Source: Octopus vulgaris (Eukaryota). From it: 64,000 nt of DNA. Positions 25,381 to 38,887 of this stretch are shown one piece after another. The stretch is taken from NCBI GenBank assembly GCA_951406725.2, contig OX597815.1, forward strand, positions 179,056,001 through 179,120,000. Reading direction: 5' to 3'. The notes under the pieces are model-generated. The model saw only the letters and a program-made list of their open reading frames with translations. It was not told the origin of the DNA and did not search any database. A program made the position numbers and the translations under genes. Each line of letters begins with the position of its first letter. The first letter of the stretch is position 1.

Positions 25381-26774
25381 ATATGTGTGTATATGTGTGT
25401 ATATATGTGTGTGTGTGTGTGTGTTTGTGTGTATTCCTCGAGCGCTTGACAATTCGTGTTAGTAGCTAGTTTACGTTCTCGTAACTTAGCGGCAGGATAA
25501 AAGAAAACCGATAGATAAATTAGCGGGCTTTTAAAAAGGCCACTGGGTTTGATTTGCCCGTGTAAACCCTTCAAGGCTGTAGTCACATGACTGCAGCAAG
25601 TTAAAAATGAAATATGTTTGCAAGAAGACATATTACGAGTTATGGTACGATTGATGGAACTGCATATGCGACAAGAATTATTAATAAATGTACAAAATGA
25701 TATGCAGCCATACTATTCATTATATGCGAGGCCGTGTTTTGGTAACTTTCCATTCGAGATGATTTACTGTGCATCATATTTCTTGTTCTTATAACCTCCG
25801 GCGAGAAATTTGCATTTTGTTTCTCCGAAGAATGCAAGGAAAAAGACTATTTTATTCCACCAACTGTTTACGAACTAAAACTTGACTTTGGGTCTAATCG
25901 ACAGAAAAAAATCCCCCGAAATTCTTTGTACATTTTATATAACAAAAAAAAAATAATAATACTAATTAGAAGCCGACGGGGTCCCTCGTTAATTTGTAAT
26001 TTGTAATTAACGATGCAGTCGATCCGACGCAACTTAGCCAGTGACCTATTCGAAATAGCAGCCAAATTTCCTTTGATTTAAACCCAACCATTTTAAAAAG
26101 AGAAAAAACCCACGAAATGATGTGTAGAGAATTTAAAAAAAAGATTAAGGGATTAGGGGATTAGGATAGGAATGTCTTTGCTCACAAGTCTACTCGATCA
26201 GGTTGATCCAAAGCTGAAGAACAAGAGTAACAACAGGAATAATGATAACAAGAGATCAACATAGATTATCCATGAAGCTTCATGCGATAAAAAAATATAT
26301 CTTATGCAAAGCGGGTGATTCAGTTCCGGGTGTGTCACTGACTACTGATTTATAGCCATGGGTTAAAGTAAAAGAAATGCTTATTAAAGAACCACACACA
26401 ACCCCCCCCCCCCAGAAAAAACATACGCTGAGTTAACGAGCTCGCTCATTAATTAAGCTGTCACTCAAAGTCGTATAAGAAAAAGATCCGTTTCTTTTTT
26501 AATTCTTGTTTTGCTTCCAACTCTACCATTCCATTGTCCTTCTTTAGGCTGCAAAGTACGAAGTCTGATAAAAAATTACCCGGGTCGGTGCTATCATAAG
26601 AACACTACATCACATACCAATTCGGCATTTGATATATTTCGAAGCCACACCCTTTATCTAGCATCGTTTCTATTGATGGAACCATTCCAGGAGCTCCTTT
26701 TCTTTTTTTTTGGGTGGGTGGGGGGGATAACGAGCTGTTGCTTTGTCGCATTCTCTTAGATTTCTTGTTGGATA

Positions 26775-27038
26775 GTCCGTGTCTGTGACACGTAAAAGCA
26801 CCAACCGATCACTGGCCGTTTGCCAGCCTCCTCTGGCCCCTGTGCCGGTGGCACGTAAAAAATCACCCACTACACTCACGGAGTGGTTGGCGTTAGGAAG
26901 GGCATCCAGCTGTGGAAACACTGCCAGATTAGACTGGAGCCTGGTGCAGCCTCCGTGGCTTACCAGACTCCAGTCAAATCATCGTCCAACCCATGCTAGC
27001 ACGGAAAACGGACGTTAAATGATGATGATGATGATGAT
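26775..27038 (+). mobile_element. RTE-type SINE/non-autonomous element 3' part
   Basis: GGTTGGCGTTAGGAAGGGCATCCAGCTGT motif and GGACGTTAAATGATGATGATG tail. Confidence 0.65.
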
Positions 27039-27137
27039 TTGTTTTCTTACCTCACATACAATAATTCCAGATTATTATTTGGTTAAATTGGGAAATATCG
27101 GAATGATTTATAACAAACACCAAATAACACCAATAGT

Positions 27138-27186
<49 letters not shown>

Positions 27187-28099
27187 CCATACTATTTAAT
27201 AGGAATTTTGGTCCTTGTCTGTGCTAGCACTTCGTTAGGTATGGACAACGAGGTTCTAGTTGATCCAATCAACGGAACAGCCCACTCGTGAGAAGAACAT
27301 GCAAGTGGCTGAGTACTCCACAGACACGTGTACCCGTAACGTAGTTTATTAGAGAAAATCAGCGTGGCAGTGTGACAAGGCCGGCCACTGGATTGGACTC
27401 TTTACACTTTTTTACCCTTTTTACTTGTTTCAGTCATTTGACTGCGGCCATGCTGGAGCACCGCCTTTTAAAAAAAATCCTTCATGAAGCCCCCAGTGAG
27501 AATTGAACTCACGACCCCTGGTTTACAAGACCACTGCTCTGGAGCAATGTGAAATAAAGTGGTTTGCTCAAGGACAGAAGGCGCCACCAGGAATCGAACT
27601 CATGTGAGCCGAAAACCCTAACCACTAAGCCACGCGTCCTCGCTAATTGTCTGCTACAACCTTCTTGACTGAACAATAATAGTTTCATCCGCCTTCCTTT
27701 TTTTTCAGTTGTGCACCGCACAATACATCCGTCCACCCTTCAATATCAAATCTTAGCACAAGGCCAGCAATTGAGGGAAAGGGGTAAGTCGATTACACCT
27801 ACCTCAGGGCTCTACTCGTGCTTATTTCACTGACCCCACCCCAAAGGATGAAAGTTAGAGTCAACTTTGAAAGAATTTGGAATCAGAACATGAAGACGGA
27901 TGAAATGTCGCTAAGCATTTTGTACGGCAAGTTAACGCCTCTGCCAGCTGGCCACTTTGCCCACACAAGAATTTATTGGTGGCATTTTAGTTTTTCTGGG
28001 AGAAAAAGGTCTGTCGTTGAATCCTTCAACATTTCTGGAGAAAATGACTCCTTGAGTAGTCCCCCTTGATATCATTTTTTACAGAGAAAAGGAACCGAT

Positions 28100-28475
28100 T
28101 CGGAGAGAGGGAGAGGGAGGGAGAGGTAGTGAATGAGAGAGAGAGAGAGAGGGAGAAGGAGGGAGAGGTAGTGAATGAGAGAGAGAGGGAGAGGGAGGGA
28201 GAGGTAGTGAATGAGAGAGAGAGGGAGAGAGAGAGGAGGGATAGAAAGAAAATGAGAGGGAGAGAGATAGAGAGAGGAGGGAGAGACGGGAAAGGATAGA
28301 AAGAAAGGGCGAGGGAGAGGTAGTGAATGAGAGAGAGAGGGGGATAGAGATAGAGGAGAGAGAGGGGTGGAAGTGAAAGTGAGAGGAGTGAGAGGGAGAG
28401 GAGAGAGAGGAAGAGAGAAAGAGGGAGAGGGAGAGAGAGAAACAGAGAAAGTGTGTGAGAGAGAGAGAGAGAGAC
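28100..28475. repeat. Purine-rich GA compound repeat with GAGGGAGAGGTAGTGAAT units
   Basis: Direct inspection; four units embedded in (GA)n. Confidence 0.85.
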
Positions 28476-29716
28476 AGTCTTTCGACCCTTGATTGATACT
28501 TTTATTTATTGACCCTAGAATGATGAAAGGAAAAGTCGATCACAAGCGGATTTGAACTTCGAATACAGTGAGTTGAAACAAATGCTGTCAAACAGCCTGT
28601 CCGATGCTCTAAAGAGTCTACCAACACATCATCTACACCCACTCCACCCTGCAAAAGCAAAATAAAAAATAAAAACCAAAAAACCCCCCAGAAAACCAAG
28701 CAACCAGACCAAATGAAACTTGTCCAGACATCAGCTTAAGTTAATATGATAATGTCGAGTGACAGCGAAGAGAGAGACTTAAGTTGATTAGGTTTTCACA
28801 TTTTCGCACACAGTTTAAAAAACAAATTTATTTGAAGCTGCATAAAATATTGGCGCCTCTATTGTCCTCAGGTAATCTTCACTTCATTAAAATGTTGCTG
28901 ACAATCCATTTATCAAGCTGCTTTGTAAACTTTATTTTTACAGTAACAATAAACATTGATTTTTTTCGCGTATTTTCAAAAATATATAATATGAATTAAT
29001 AACGTAACTCTGTATCTCTCATCAGACGACATTAAAATAGAATCGTAGCTGTTCAAGTATATTGTATATTACTGGCTTATACCCCCGTCCTGACCCTGTT
29101 GCATCACCAAAATTGCCATGCGTCCTGTGACAAGACACTTAACTCCCTCGAGCGGTTGAAGGAACCTCTATACTGTCATTTGAATTACTAGAGATAGAAG
29201 CCAAATCTTCCTCAAATCACGCTGTTAAGACATTTGATCAATGTTTCGCCACCATTTTTTTTTCCAGTTGGCCGTTTTGGTTTCTATTTTATTCGGACGG
29301 ACCTCCATGGTCATTCGATATTTAAAAAATCCTATTGTATTTTTATCATTGAATACTATTATTAGGAACTGTATTAAGAAGAAATTATTAAAATACTTTG
29401 TTTATTGAAGAGGCGTAACCAGTTTATTGTACATAGATTTTAACAGCGAAATCTTATAAGGATCCCCTAAGGTCTTATGATTCCTGGTTGAGAAATACTG
29501 CATTAGATGAATGCAATGCAAGCTCAAGATATAAAAAAAAAGATGGTACAAACATAGTTAGAGCGTTTTCGATCCCAGACCTCTTCCATTAGGGCTCACT
29601 TGAGATAAGTAACGACTAAAACAACATCAACAGCAACACAAAATCTTCTTTATTTCAGCGACTGTATCAGGCCAACGTTTTATATAATGATACACTTCTA
29701 AAATTTAGTCCCTGAT

Positions 29717-30767
29717 AGGTACAGGCGAGGCGGTGTGGAAAAAGTTTGCTTCCCAACCACATGGTTCCGGGTTGACTTCCAGTGCGTGGCACCTTGAGCA
29801 AGTATCTTCTACTACAGCCTCAGGCCAACCGAAGCCCTTCGTATATATATATATATATATATATATATAAGAATTTTTTGCGTAATGAGGTAAAAAACTA
29901 AGACTGTATAGATATTAGAGCATTTATATCTATCTATAACTGCTCTAATATCTATACAGCCTTGTTTTTTTTTATCTTATTACGCAAAAAATTCTTATAT
30001 ACACACGCTGACATAGAACCAACGTTGAACCCTTTATTCGCAATATAACCGAATCTGGAACTTTACTATGGTCTCTCTATAACACTTATTCAGCATTACC
30101 TGACACCTTTGGGTCTTAATGACTCCATTATAGGTGTAAAAAGGTTGAATAGCAGATTCGTCCTTTAATTTGCACGTTTCCAGAAAAGATTTCCAATGTT
30201 GATTCTTCATATTTTTCTGGAAGTTTACAGGTGTAAATTTGCGAAGATATGAAAGTAATACTTGTATATGAAGTATGGTGAATTTATGGAAAGAAGTCCC
30301 ATAAAACTCACCAATTTAGTTAAAAATGGAGAAGACAAATTGTTAAAACATACAAGAGAATTTTAATTCATGCAGACGATCATTTTAACAACTTGTCTTC
30401 TCCATTTTTAACTAAATGCATGAGTTTTATGGAACTTCTTTCCATAAATATCTATATTATAGTTGTCGCCTAAACTTGACTAAGGGTGAGAATAACACCT
30501 ACATTGCCAGAAATAGAAGTTAAAATGCTCCTATGCTGTTACAGAGCATACAACGTATACTCTGATAGGGGCTAAGGAATTCTCGGTTCGGTGTTCGGGG
30601 ACATTGTACTCCTATCATATGTTATGTGCTTTGTAACACCATTGAAGCATTTTAGCTCCTATTTCTAGCAAAGGAGGTGTTATTCACACCCTTAGTCAAG
30701 TTTAGTTTTGCGACTATAATTTTTCTTTATGATATAATATTACAAACGGCTGTTTTTATTATTTTTT

Positions 30768-30810
<43 letters not shown>

Positions 30811-31022
30811 ATGTATGTGTGTGTGTGTGCGTGTATGTGTATTTGTGTCTGTGTTTGTCCCACCACCGCTTGGTAACCGGTGTTGTTTGTTTACGTCTCC
30901 GTGACTTAACGGTTCGGCAAAAGAGACCGATACAATAACTATTAGGTTTGAAAGAAAAGAACTTGGGTCGATTCATTCAACTAAAAATCTTCAAGACTCC
31001 AGCACAAGAAAAAGAAAAGATA
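29717..31022 (+). mobile_element. SINE A whose (TA)n holds about 900 bp of stacked hairpin insertions
   Basis: 5' half 29717-29841, 3' half 30800-31022; inverted repeats at 29863-30001, 30282-30449 and 30456-30720. Confidence 0.8.
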
Positions 31023-31145
31023 AATGATATATAAAAAGATGCGATGGTCATGGCTGGAATAGCTTTAAAGATAGATCTGCTCAACCAGAGCTAATCGAAG
31101 GCTAAACAAGGACAACAATTACTAACATGTCGACTCAATTCATAG

Positions 31146-31385
31146 TGGAGGCACATGGCCTAGTGGTTAGAGCAGCGGACTCGCGGTCGAGGGATCGCAG
31201 GTTCGAATCTCAGACCGTGGGGGTGTGTGTGTTTATGAGTGAAACACCTACGTTCCACACGGCTTCGATAGAAGGTAATGGCGAACTTCTGGTGATTCTT
31301 TCGCCACAACTTTCTCTCACTCTTTCCTCCTCCTGCATCTAACAGCTCACCTGCGACGGACCGGCGTCCTTCCAGGTGGAGAAAC
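31146..31385 (+). mobile_element. SINE family C (tail type 2); second copy on minus at 32160-32452
   Basis: GGAGGCACATGGCCTAGTGGTTAGAGCAGCGGACTCGCGGTCG...GGTTCGAATCTC. Confidence 0.8.
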
Positions 31386-33440
31386 TATAGTTTTTTTAGT
31401 GCTGAGTTGAAATTCTACCATGAATATAGCTTTGATAAGAATCACTGAATTATAGAGAAAGCTGCATGAAGACGAATTCTTAGTGATACTTCAAAAAAAC
31501 TGATGGATTTATTTGGTAAATGGAATTTTCATGCACCAGCACATCATCACCTTTTTATGAAAAAAGTACCTATAACCGATTGCATCCATCTCTGTAAAAC
31601 AATCACTGCTTTTGTAATATTACTTCATCAATTAAGCAGCGAGCTGGCAGAAACGTTAGCACGCCGGGCAAAATGCTTAGCGGTGTTTCGTCTGCCGTTA
31701 CGTTCTGAGTTCAAATTCCGTCGAGGTCGACTTTGCCTTTCATCCTTTCGGGGTCGATCAATTAAGTACCAGTTACGCACTGGGGTAAATGTAATCGACT
31801 GAGTCCCTTTTTGTCTGTCCTTGTTTGTCCCCTCTATGTTTAGCCCCTTGTGGGCAATAAAGAAATAAAAAACGTTAGCACGCCGGGCGAAATGCTTAGT
31901 GGTATTTCGTCTGTTTTTATGTTCCGAGTTCAAATTCCGTTGCGTACTGGGGTCAATCTAATCGAATGTTCCCCCTCCACCAAAATTTCGGGCCTCGTGC
32001 CTAGATTAGAAAACAATATCACTCCATTTTATTTCAGAAGAGAAAACTAAAATGTTTGTCAGAACTATGCAAGAAACCTACAAAATATGACAGCATCTAA
32101 TATTTTGAGCCAAACAAGTGGCACCTAAGTGTTCGCAGCCTTGCTCGAAATAGAAAATGTTTGTTCCTTCTCGAGCCATGCAGGGATCCTAAGGACGGTT
32201 TACCGGTTTCATTAGCGTATAGTTACCCCATCTGGACGGTCTGTCGCAGGTGAGCTGCTAGATGCAGGAAGAAATAGTGAGAGAAAATTGTGGTGAAAGA
32301 GTCAGCAGAATTTCGCCATTACCTTCTGTCGGAGCCGTGTGGAGCTTAAATTTTTTGCTCATAAACACATACATCGCCCAGTCTGAGATACGAATCCACG
32401 ATCCCTCGACAGCAAGTCCAGTGCTCTAACCACTAAGCCATGTACCTCCACGGAAATAGAAACGAGAAAATAAGTTTATTCATTAACCCAAGGGACACAA
32501 GACTCGAAGTAAAACCTAACTGACTTAAAGCCAGAATATTATGAAACTAAATTTACTATTGTTTTAATAGAACACCGAATACTGCGTTATTAACCTTGAG
32601 AGATCCTCACATTTATAGGCGCCTGGTGCGTAAAATCACACACATAAATCATAGCAGACAAGAATTTTCTGTTATGGACGACGGATTTCCCGCATCACGT
32701 GATATGGGAGTCCCCATGATAGACGATTGTCATCTACTACGATTTAATAATTACTATTGTATGACTTTTAGTACCAAGCCCTATCGTATATTAATTAGAT
32801 ATCAGCTGTATTAATTAGATATCTCAGAGCGGTAGATAAGCAGAACCATTAGCGCCCGCGACATATACTAACTGTTCTTCAAGTTCTGAGTTCAAATACT
32901 GCAGAGGTCAGGTTTACTTTTTGTGCTTTCAATGTTGATAAAATAAAGCGTCAGTCGACCACTTAGCCTGATTTAATCAATGAACCTCGCTCTCTAAATC
33001 GGCGGCCTTGTACCTATGTTAGAAGCGGGGATGATGGGTTTCATCTCAACAAAAGTTCCGTGTATTCATAGGAAAACTGATAGTTTACCATGATGGTGAA
33101 ATTGTGTGGATTGTTCTTCTTCTTGTTCTCGTTGCTTAAGTCTTAGATCAGCTCTGAGTATATATATCACCAAACACATTGCATCGACAGCTTGCCTTTT
33201 TAAGGACTATCTAGAACTACATGTTTGAACATGTACTTTTCTTTTTAAAAAGTAGTAGGATGTGAATGGAGGAAGATTTGGTTGCTATTTCTTGCATGAC
33301 AGTGACCACGCAGATGTTTGCTGTTTGGTTCAAAATAACGTGCATTTGAAATACTTTTATACTTTGCAGACAGCTTGTATAGTTTTCGCAAATACTTTAA
33401 TTTTCTGTTCGGGAATGAAATTCAGCGAATATTACAAGAT

Positions 33441-33493
33441 ATCTCTCTCTCTCTCTCTCTCTCTCAATCTCTCTCTATCTCTCTCTCAATCTT

Positions 33494-33524
<31 letters not shown>

Positions 33525-33587
33525 CTATCTATCTATCTATCTCTCTATCTATCTCTCTCTCTATCTATCTTTCTCTATCTCTCTATT

Positions 33588-33683
<96 letters not shown>

Positions 33684-33690
33684 CATCTAG
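33441..33690. repeat. (CT)n/(ATCT)n compound microsatellite
   Basis: Direct inspection. Confidence 0.95.
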
Positions 33691-34012
33691 TTTTATTTTA
33701 CCCCGAAACACGTTTTGGTTAAGTTTACAAATATTATAACATGCCATGAAAACACGGCTGATCAATGTAAACGGAGGTTCTGTCTGAGTCACTGATTTGA
33801 ATATGACTGTATTTCAGCGATCGCTCATAGGCATGTCATTTCGACAGCATTGCTAATGCTTTCAGTGGAGACATTACCATAACAATATTCCATTACCATC
33901 CATGACAGTGCACCGTTGGGAATTGTGCGCAGACTCGCAAGTTTTGTCTCGTCAAAGAAATATCAAAAATCCTAAAGACAGAAAGTAAAGTACTGAACAA
34001 CCGCCATAATGA

Positions 34013-34045
<33 letters not shown>

Positions 34046-34382
34046 ATGATGGTTTATTCATATAGTCTTGTTTGGTAGAATTTGGCCTTGGTGTTCTCCG
34101 ATAGACTATCAAACTACTTGCCAGTTTTAAATTTAATTTGTTCTACATCCCCGAGGTATTTTTCTTCCATCAGATCTAGATGTAGCTGAGAAATTTTACT
34201 CTACGGTAGAGGTCTCGGTGCCAGTAATAAGCTGCTATCTGTAATATTTTCAAGCGAAAAGGCCTAGATCAAATCTAATCAGCCGTCGCGACACTTTCAA
34301 ATCGAAACTTATTTTACAGAACGAAGGTGCCTCTCGGTTGGTTAACTGTGGGGAAGATTTTGTCGTTTCGATTATTACTACG

Positions 34383-34770
34383 GTACTCCGTCGGTTACGA
34401 CGACGAGAGTTCCAGTTGATCTGATCAACGGAAAAACCTGCTCGTGAAATTAACGTGCAAGTGGCTGAGCACTCCACAGACACGTCTACCCTTAACGTAG
34501 TTCTCGGAGAGATTCAGCGCGACACAGTGTGTGACAAGGCTGGCCCTTTGAAATACAGGTACAACAGAAACAGGAAGAAAGAGTGAGAGAAAGTTGTGGT
34601 GGAAGAGTACAGCAGGGTTCTAAGCCAACCCCTGTCGGACCCTCGTGGAGCTTTGGGTGTTTTCGCTCAATAGACACTCACAACGCCCGGTCTGGGAATC
34701 GAAACCGTGATCCTACGACCGCGAGTCCGCTGCCCTAATCACTGAGCCATTGAGCCATTGCGCCTCCACG
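34383..34770 (-). mobile_element. SINE family C with Nin/Deu-like body (tail type 3)
   Basis: Family C head plus CCACTTGCACGTTAATTTCACGAGCAGG...GTCGTCGTAACCGACGGAG; the same body occurs at 58992-59170 and 27250-27385 behind another head. Confidence 0.75.
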
Positions 34771-34916
34771 ATTATTACTTACTTATAATTTGTTAGCACT
34801 GTAGAATAAAAGAAATGATCTCTAAGTCAACGGAGCAAGCGATGCAAGATCGATTCCCGAAATAGCGGGTCTAAACAACTTGATTTACAATTTGTGCTTT
34901 AGTTTCCGGTAAATAG

Positions 34917-35286
34917 TACATTTCCATTATTTCCATTATTTTCATTCGACAGATATTTGTCCTCATCTTGTTTATTGTTAGCACAACGTTTCGGCTGATA
35001 TACCCTCCAGCCTTCATCAGATGTCTTGGGGAAATTTCGAACCTGGGTTCTCATTCCTAATGTATTTTTCAATGTTGTTGTTGTTATTATTATTATTATT
35101 ATTATTATCATTCAGGTCACTACCAGGAGTCGAACTCGGTATCTTGGAGTTAGTAGCCCGCGCTCTTAACCACTACGCCATATGCCCGTAGGAATATGGC
35201 GTAGTGGTTAACAACAAACAAGACGAGGACAAATATCTGTCAAATGTAAATAATGTACATAATTCCTCATCTCTTAAATATAGAAC
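34917..35286 (-). mobile_element. tRNA-headed, hammerhead-tailed non-autonomous element with inverted 5' terminal duplication
   Basis: tRNA-like head 35187-35115, (TAA)n linker, HHR 35025-34980, inverted copy of the head start and tail at 35191-35258. Confidence 0.75.
34980..35025 (-). ncRNA. Minimal type I hammerhead ribozyme (PLE-type)
   Basis: GACAU-CUGAUGA-A-GGCUG(GAGGGUAUAU)CAGCC-GAAAC-GUU-GUGCU; palindromic AACGUU in place of a stem III loop. Confidence 0.75.
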
Positions 35287-35910
35287 AGTAAATTTCCAGC
35301 CACAAGGCTTTATCCAGTCCGAGGTTATAGTAGAAGACACCTTCCCAAGGTGCCACCCTGTGGGACTGAACCCAGAACCATGTGTTTGGGAAATAAGCTT
35401 CTTACCACACAGCCACACCTATAGAATAATGAGACGAAAGGAAGCCTTTTACTAGTTAATGCAAAGGAACCTTCTCGTAGTTTCCAGTACACCGTAACAC
35501 ATGGTGAACGGTGGTGATGGTGAGGAGGATAAAATAAGTAGAATAAAAAAGACGTATTCTCTTTTCCCAGTTTGAATTTACGGTGCGAGCCAGGAACACT
35601 CTGAGAGTGGTTGTGAATAAGCTTGAAGTACTTTTGTTTTATATGAAGAAAGCCATTCTAATTAAAAGACAAAAATCTCCGATAAATATATTCCGATAAA
35701 AATTTTTCTATGTCCCAGCTATGCAATTATCTCGTATATATAATATCATTTTCTAATTTTCTAATATAAATCTGTTCCAGCGCATTTACCGGGTAAGATA
35801 CGATGATAATATTTCATTTCCAGTCTCCTGTTGTTCTATGTTTTATGCATTATGAGTTCATACTTAACACTTTCGTAGACATTCTAAAAGGAATGGGAAA
35901 GAAATGATTC

Positions 35911-35961
<51 letters not shown>

Positions 35962-36232
35962 AGAAATTTCTTGATAACCAGAGAAATAAGGAGATATGTA
36001 AACAGAGAAAGCGAAAGACAAGAGAGAGAGAGAGAGAAAGAGAAAGAAAGAGAGAGAGAGAAAGAGAAAGAAAGAAAAAGAGAGAGGGAAGAAAGGAAAG
36101 ATATGGAGAGGCAGCGATAGATGAAAAAAGGGTGAGACGAAAAAAGGTTTGAAAGAGAGAAGGGAGATAGAGAGAGGATGAGAAAATTCTTGATAACCAG
36201 AGAAATAAAGAGATATGTAAACAGAAAGCGAA

Positions 36233-36293
<61 letters not shown>

Positions 36294-36845
36294 TGTGTGT
36301 GTGAAAGAGAAAGAGAGAGAGAGAGAATATTGAAAAAAAAAAAAGGTTGGCGAAGATACAGAAAGAATATCTTTACGATATTAATATTTTTTACGGTTGG
36401 GCAGTATCAGATATGAAGTATCCCACCGCTACGTAATTCCGTGTACATATATGCACACATACGTTAAAACAAATATTTTTATATAAGTATTCTATATTGG
36501 TCTTTAAATGATATTTTGTAAATTAATGAGAATGTTATAAACATCGATTACTTTCAGCAAGTCATAAAACCAATTTGTGTGGGTGGGAAGAGTGCGTTCG
36601 ACTAAATTCAAATTCAATATATTATTGCTACATTTTATAGTAGAGGCACAGACGTGGCCGTGTGTTAAGAGGCTTGCTTTCCAACCACATGTTTCCGGGT
36701 TCAGTCCAGCTGCATAGCAGTTTGGGTAAGTGTCTTATACTATAGCAACGGGCCGACCAAAGCCCGGCCAAAAAACTTTGTAAGTGGATTTGATAGACGG
36801 AAACTGAAAGAAGACCGTCGAATATATATATACATATATGTGACC

Positions 36846-37034
36846 GCGTGTGTATCGTTGGCGGTTTTTTTCCCCCGTCTTCCTTTCCTTGGGTCTTTCC
36901 TTTTCCTATGTTTTTGACGAAGAGCTCCGCTCGACACGTTAAATCCTCCTTCTTTCTTTCTTTTCCTGAGCGTCCAATAACACTATGCTTGTTCCACGTC
37001 CTCGCATTGTTGTATTTTCCTGTTTGGATTAACC
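36846..37034 (+). mobile_element. Solo PLE pLTR-like fragment with decayed HHR, inside SINE A (TA)n
   Basis: TTGACGAAGAGCTCCGCTCGACACGTTAAA; homologous to 55057-55250 and to 43325-43410 (minus). Confidence 0.65.
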
Positions 37035-37053
37035 ATATATATATATGTATGTA

Positions 37054-37127
<74 letters not shown>

Positions 37128-38700
37128 CGTGCGTGTGTGTGTTCGTTTTTGTAAACAATTGTATCCTCTAATGGCTGCTCAGCCTGTGTCAAACAGCAAC
37201 GAATTCACCCTCAGTTCACACCCAACTATTTTAAAGATATAGACACTCAGTTCGTGGTATCTGCCTTACCGGAGCCTGTGGCTGAAGAAAAAATAACGAC
37301 TCCGAAATGCACGCATCCCACAGTGTGGATAGAAGACGCTGTGAACTGATTTGGTGTATTTACATCCATTTGTCTACAGCGATAAATTTCTCCATGACAA
37401 ACCACCGTGAATAGCTTTCTTACGTGTTCGAATATGTCTCAAGCATATTTCAACTGTTAACAAGTTTGTATTGTAGTCCTATGTATACAATACCTTAAAA
37501 TAGACGTGATAGCCACGACTGGAATATCTTTGATCAATCAGGGCTAACTTGGGACTAAAGAACTAAATATCAACAATTCTAAACAGTTCATCCGATAAAC
37601 CGGTGTGATTTACTGCTAATGACAAAGCAATTGTATGCATGAGTTTTATGTTACAGAAAAAGAATAATAGATGAAAAGCTGGTGTTAAAGACACCTATTC
37701 CTTTACTTATTATTGATTAGGCTTGAGGGGAAAAATAAGACAAACGAAATTAGAACGAAAGCGTACGGTATATTTTTAGATTGTTAACAAGTAAGAATCG
37801 ATTTAAATTGACGATACAATATCAACAGCCTGTTATGAGATTGGGAAAATTCGAAAATGGACCAATATTTCATATACTAAGAAGTTTTCTTTTCTTATTT
37901 GTTTTTTCTTTTTACATAAACATCCTGTTTATTGAGAAAAGAATCTATAAAGGCGAAGAAGGCGTGAGGAGGTGGAAAAGGAAAACAAGAAGGAAGACAG
38001 TGAAAAGGTAAAGACAAACACATCATTATCATCATCATCATCATCTGCAGCAGCAGTTATAGTAGCAAGACTAGCAATGAATGATCATCTACACCATCGC
38101 TTGACCTGCTAGAAATAGAGGCCATATCACTTTTGAATCCTATTGTTACTGTCTTAATACATTATACATTATATAAAGTAGTCTTTAAAATGACATAGTT
38201 ACTCAATTATGGTCTGCCTTGGGTTAAACAACCACCATGTATGTATGCGTGTATGTATATATGTATATATGCGTGTGCATGTATGCATGTATATGTGTGT
38301 ATGTACACGTGTGTATCGGTATGCGTGTGTAAGTATGCATATATGTATGTGTGTGTGTATGTATGTATGTATGTATGTATGTATGTATGTATGTATGTAT
38401 GTATGTATGTATGTATGTATGTATGTATGTATGTATGTATGTATATATATATATATATATATGCATGTATATATGTGTGTGTGTACTTAAGATATTGTAC
38501 AGTAGAATCGAGCCTGGAACTCACCGGTTGCAAAGCGTTTGTTAACCACATTGATATGTCGTCACAATAGTATACTGATAAATAACGATCCCATTATTTG
38601 ACTAAATTTCATTCTTTTTCACAAGACTAGCATATAAAAAATACTTTTGTATTTAGTTTGCAAGATTCTTGATTTGGGTTCGTATATTGAAATAAATCTT

Positions 38701-38860
38701 GTGTCTTGGGCAGGTCATTACACCAACAATAATAACACACGCACTGGTTCGATATCACTTCTTTATTGTTATTCAATTGGTTAAATTGACTAACAGTAGC
38801 GAAGTGATTTCGAACCAGTGCGTGTATTATTGTTAGCGTAATGACGCTCCTAAGGCAACA
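38701..38860. repeat. Fold-back element, same family as 21961-22253
   Basis: GTCTTGGGCAGGTCATTAC...GCACTGGTTCGATATCACTTC vs GAAGTGATTTCGAACCAGTGC...GTAATGACGCTCCTAAGGC. Confidence 0.85.
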
Positions 38861-38887
38861 TATGAAAATATTGAAATTTTCACTTAC

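Noticed and set aside
26140-26170. Telomere-like TTAGGG variants
   Set aside because: Only 3-4 degenerate units; not an interstitial telomere array.
31146-31220. Possible tRNA-Arg gene (and tRNA-like 35115-35187)
   Set aside because: Acceptor stems are imperfect and the sequences run directly into repeat bodies; they are SINE heads.
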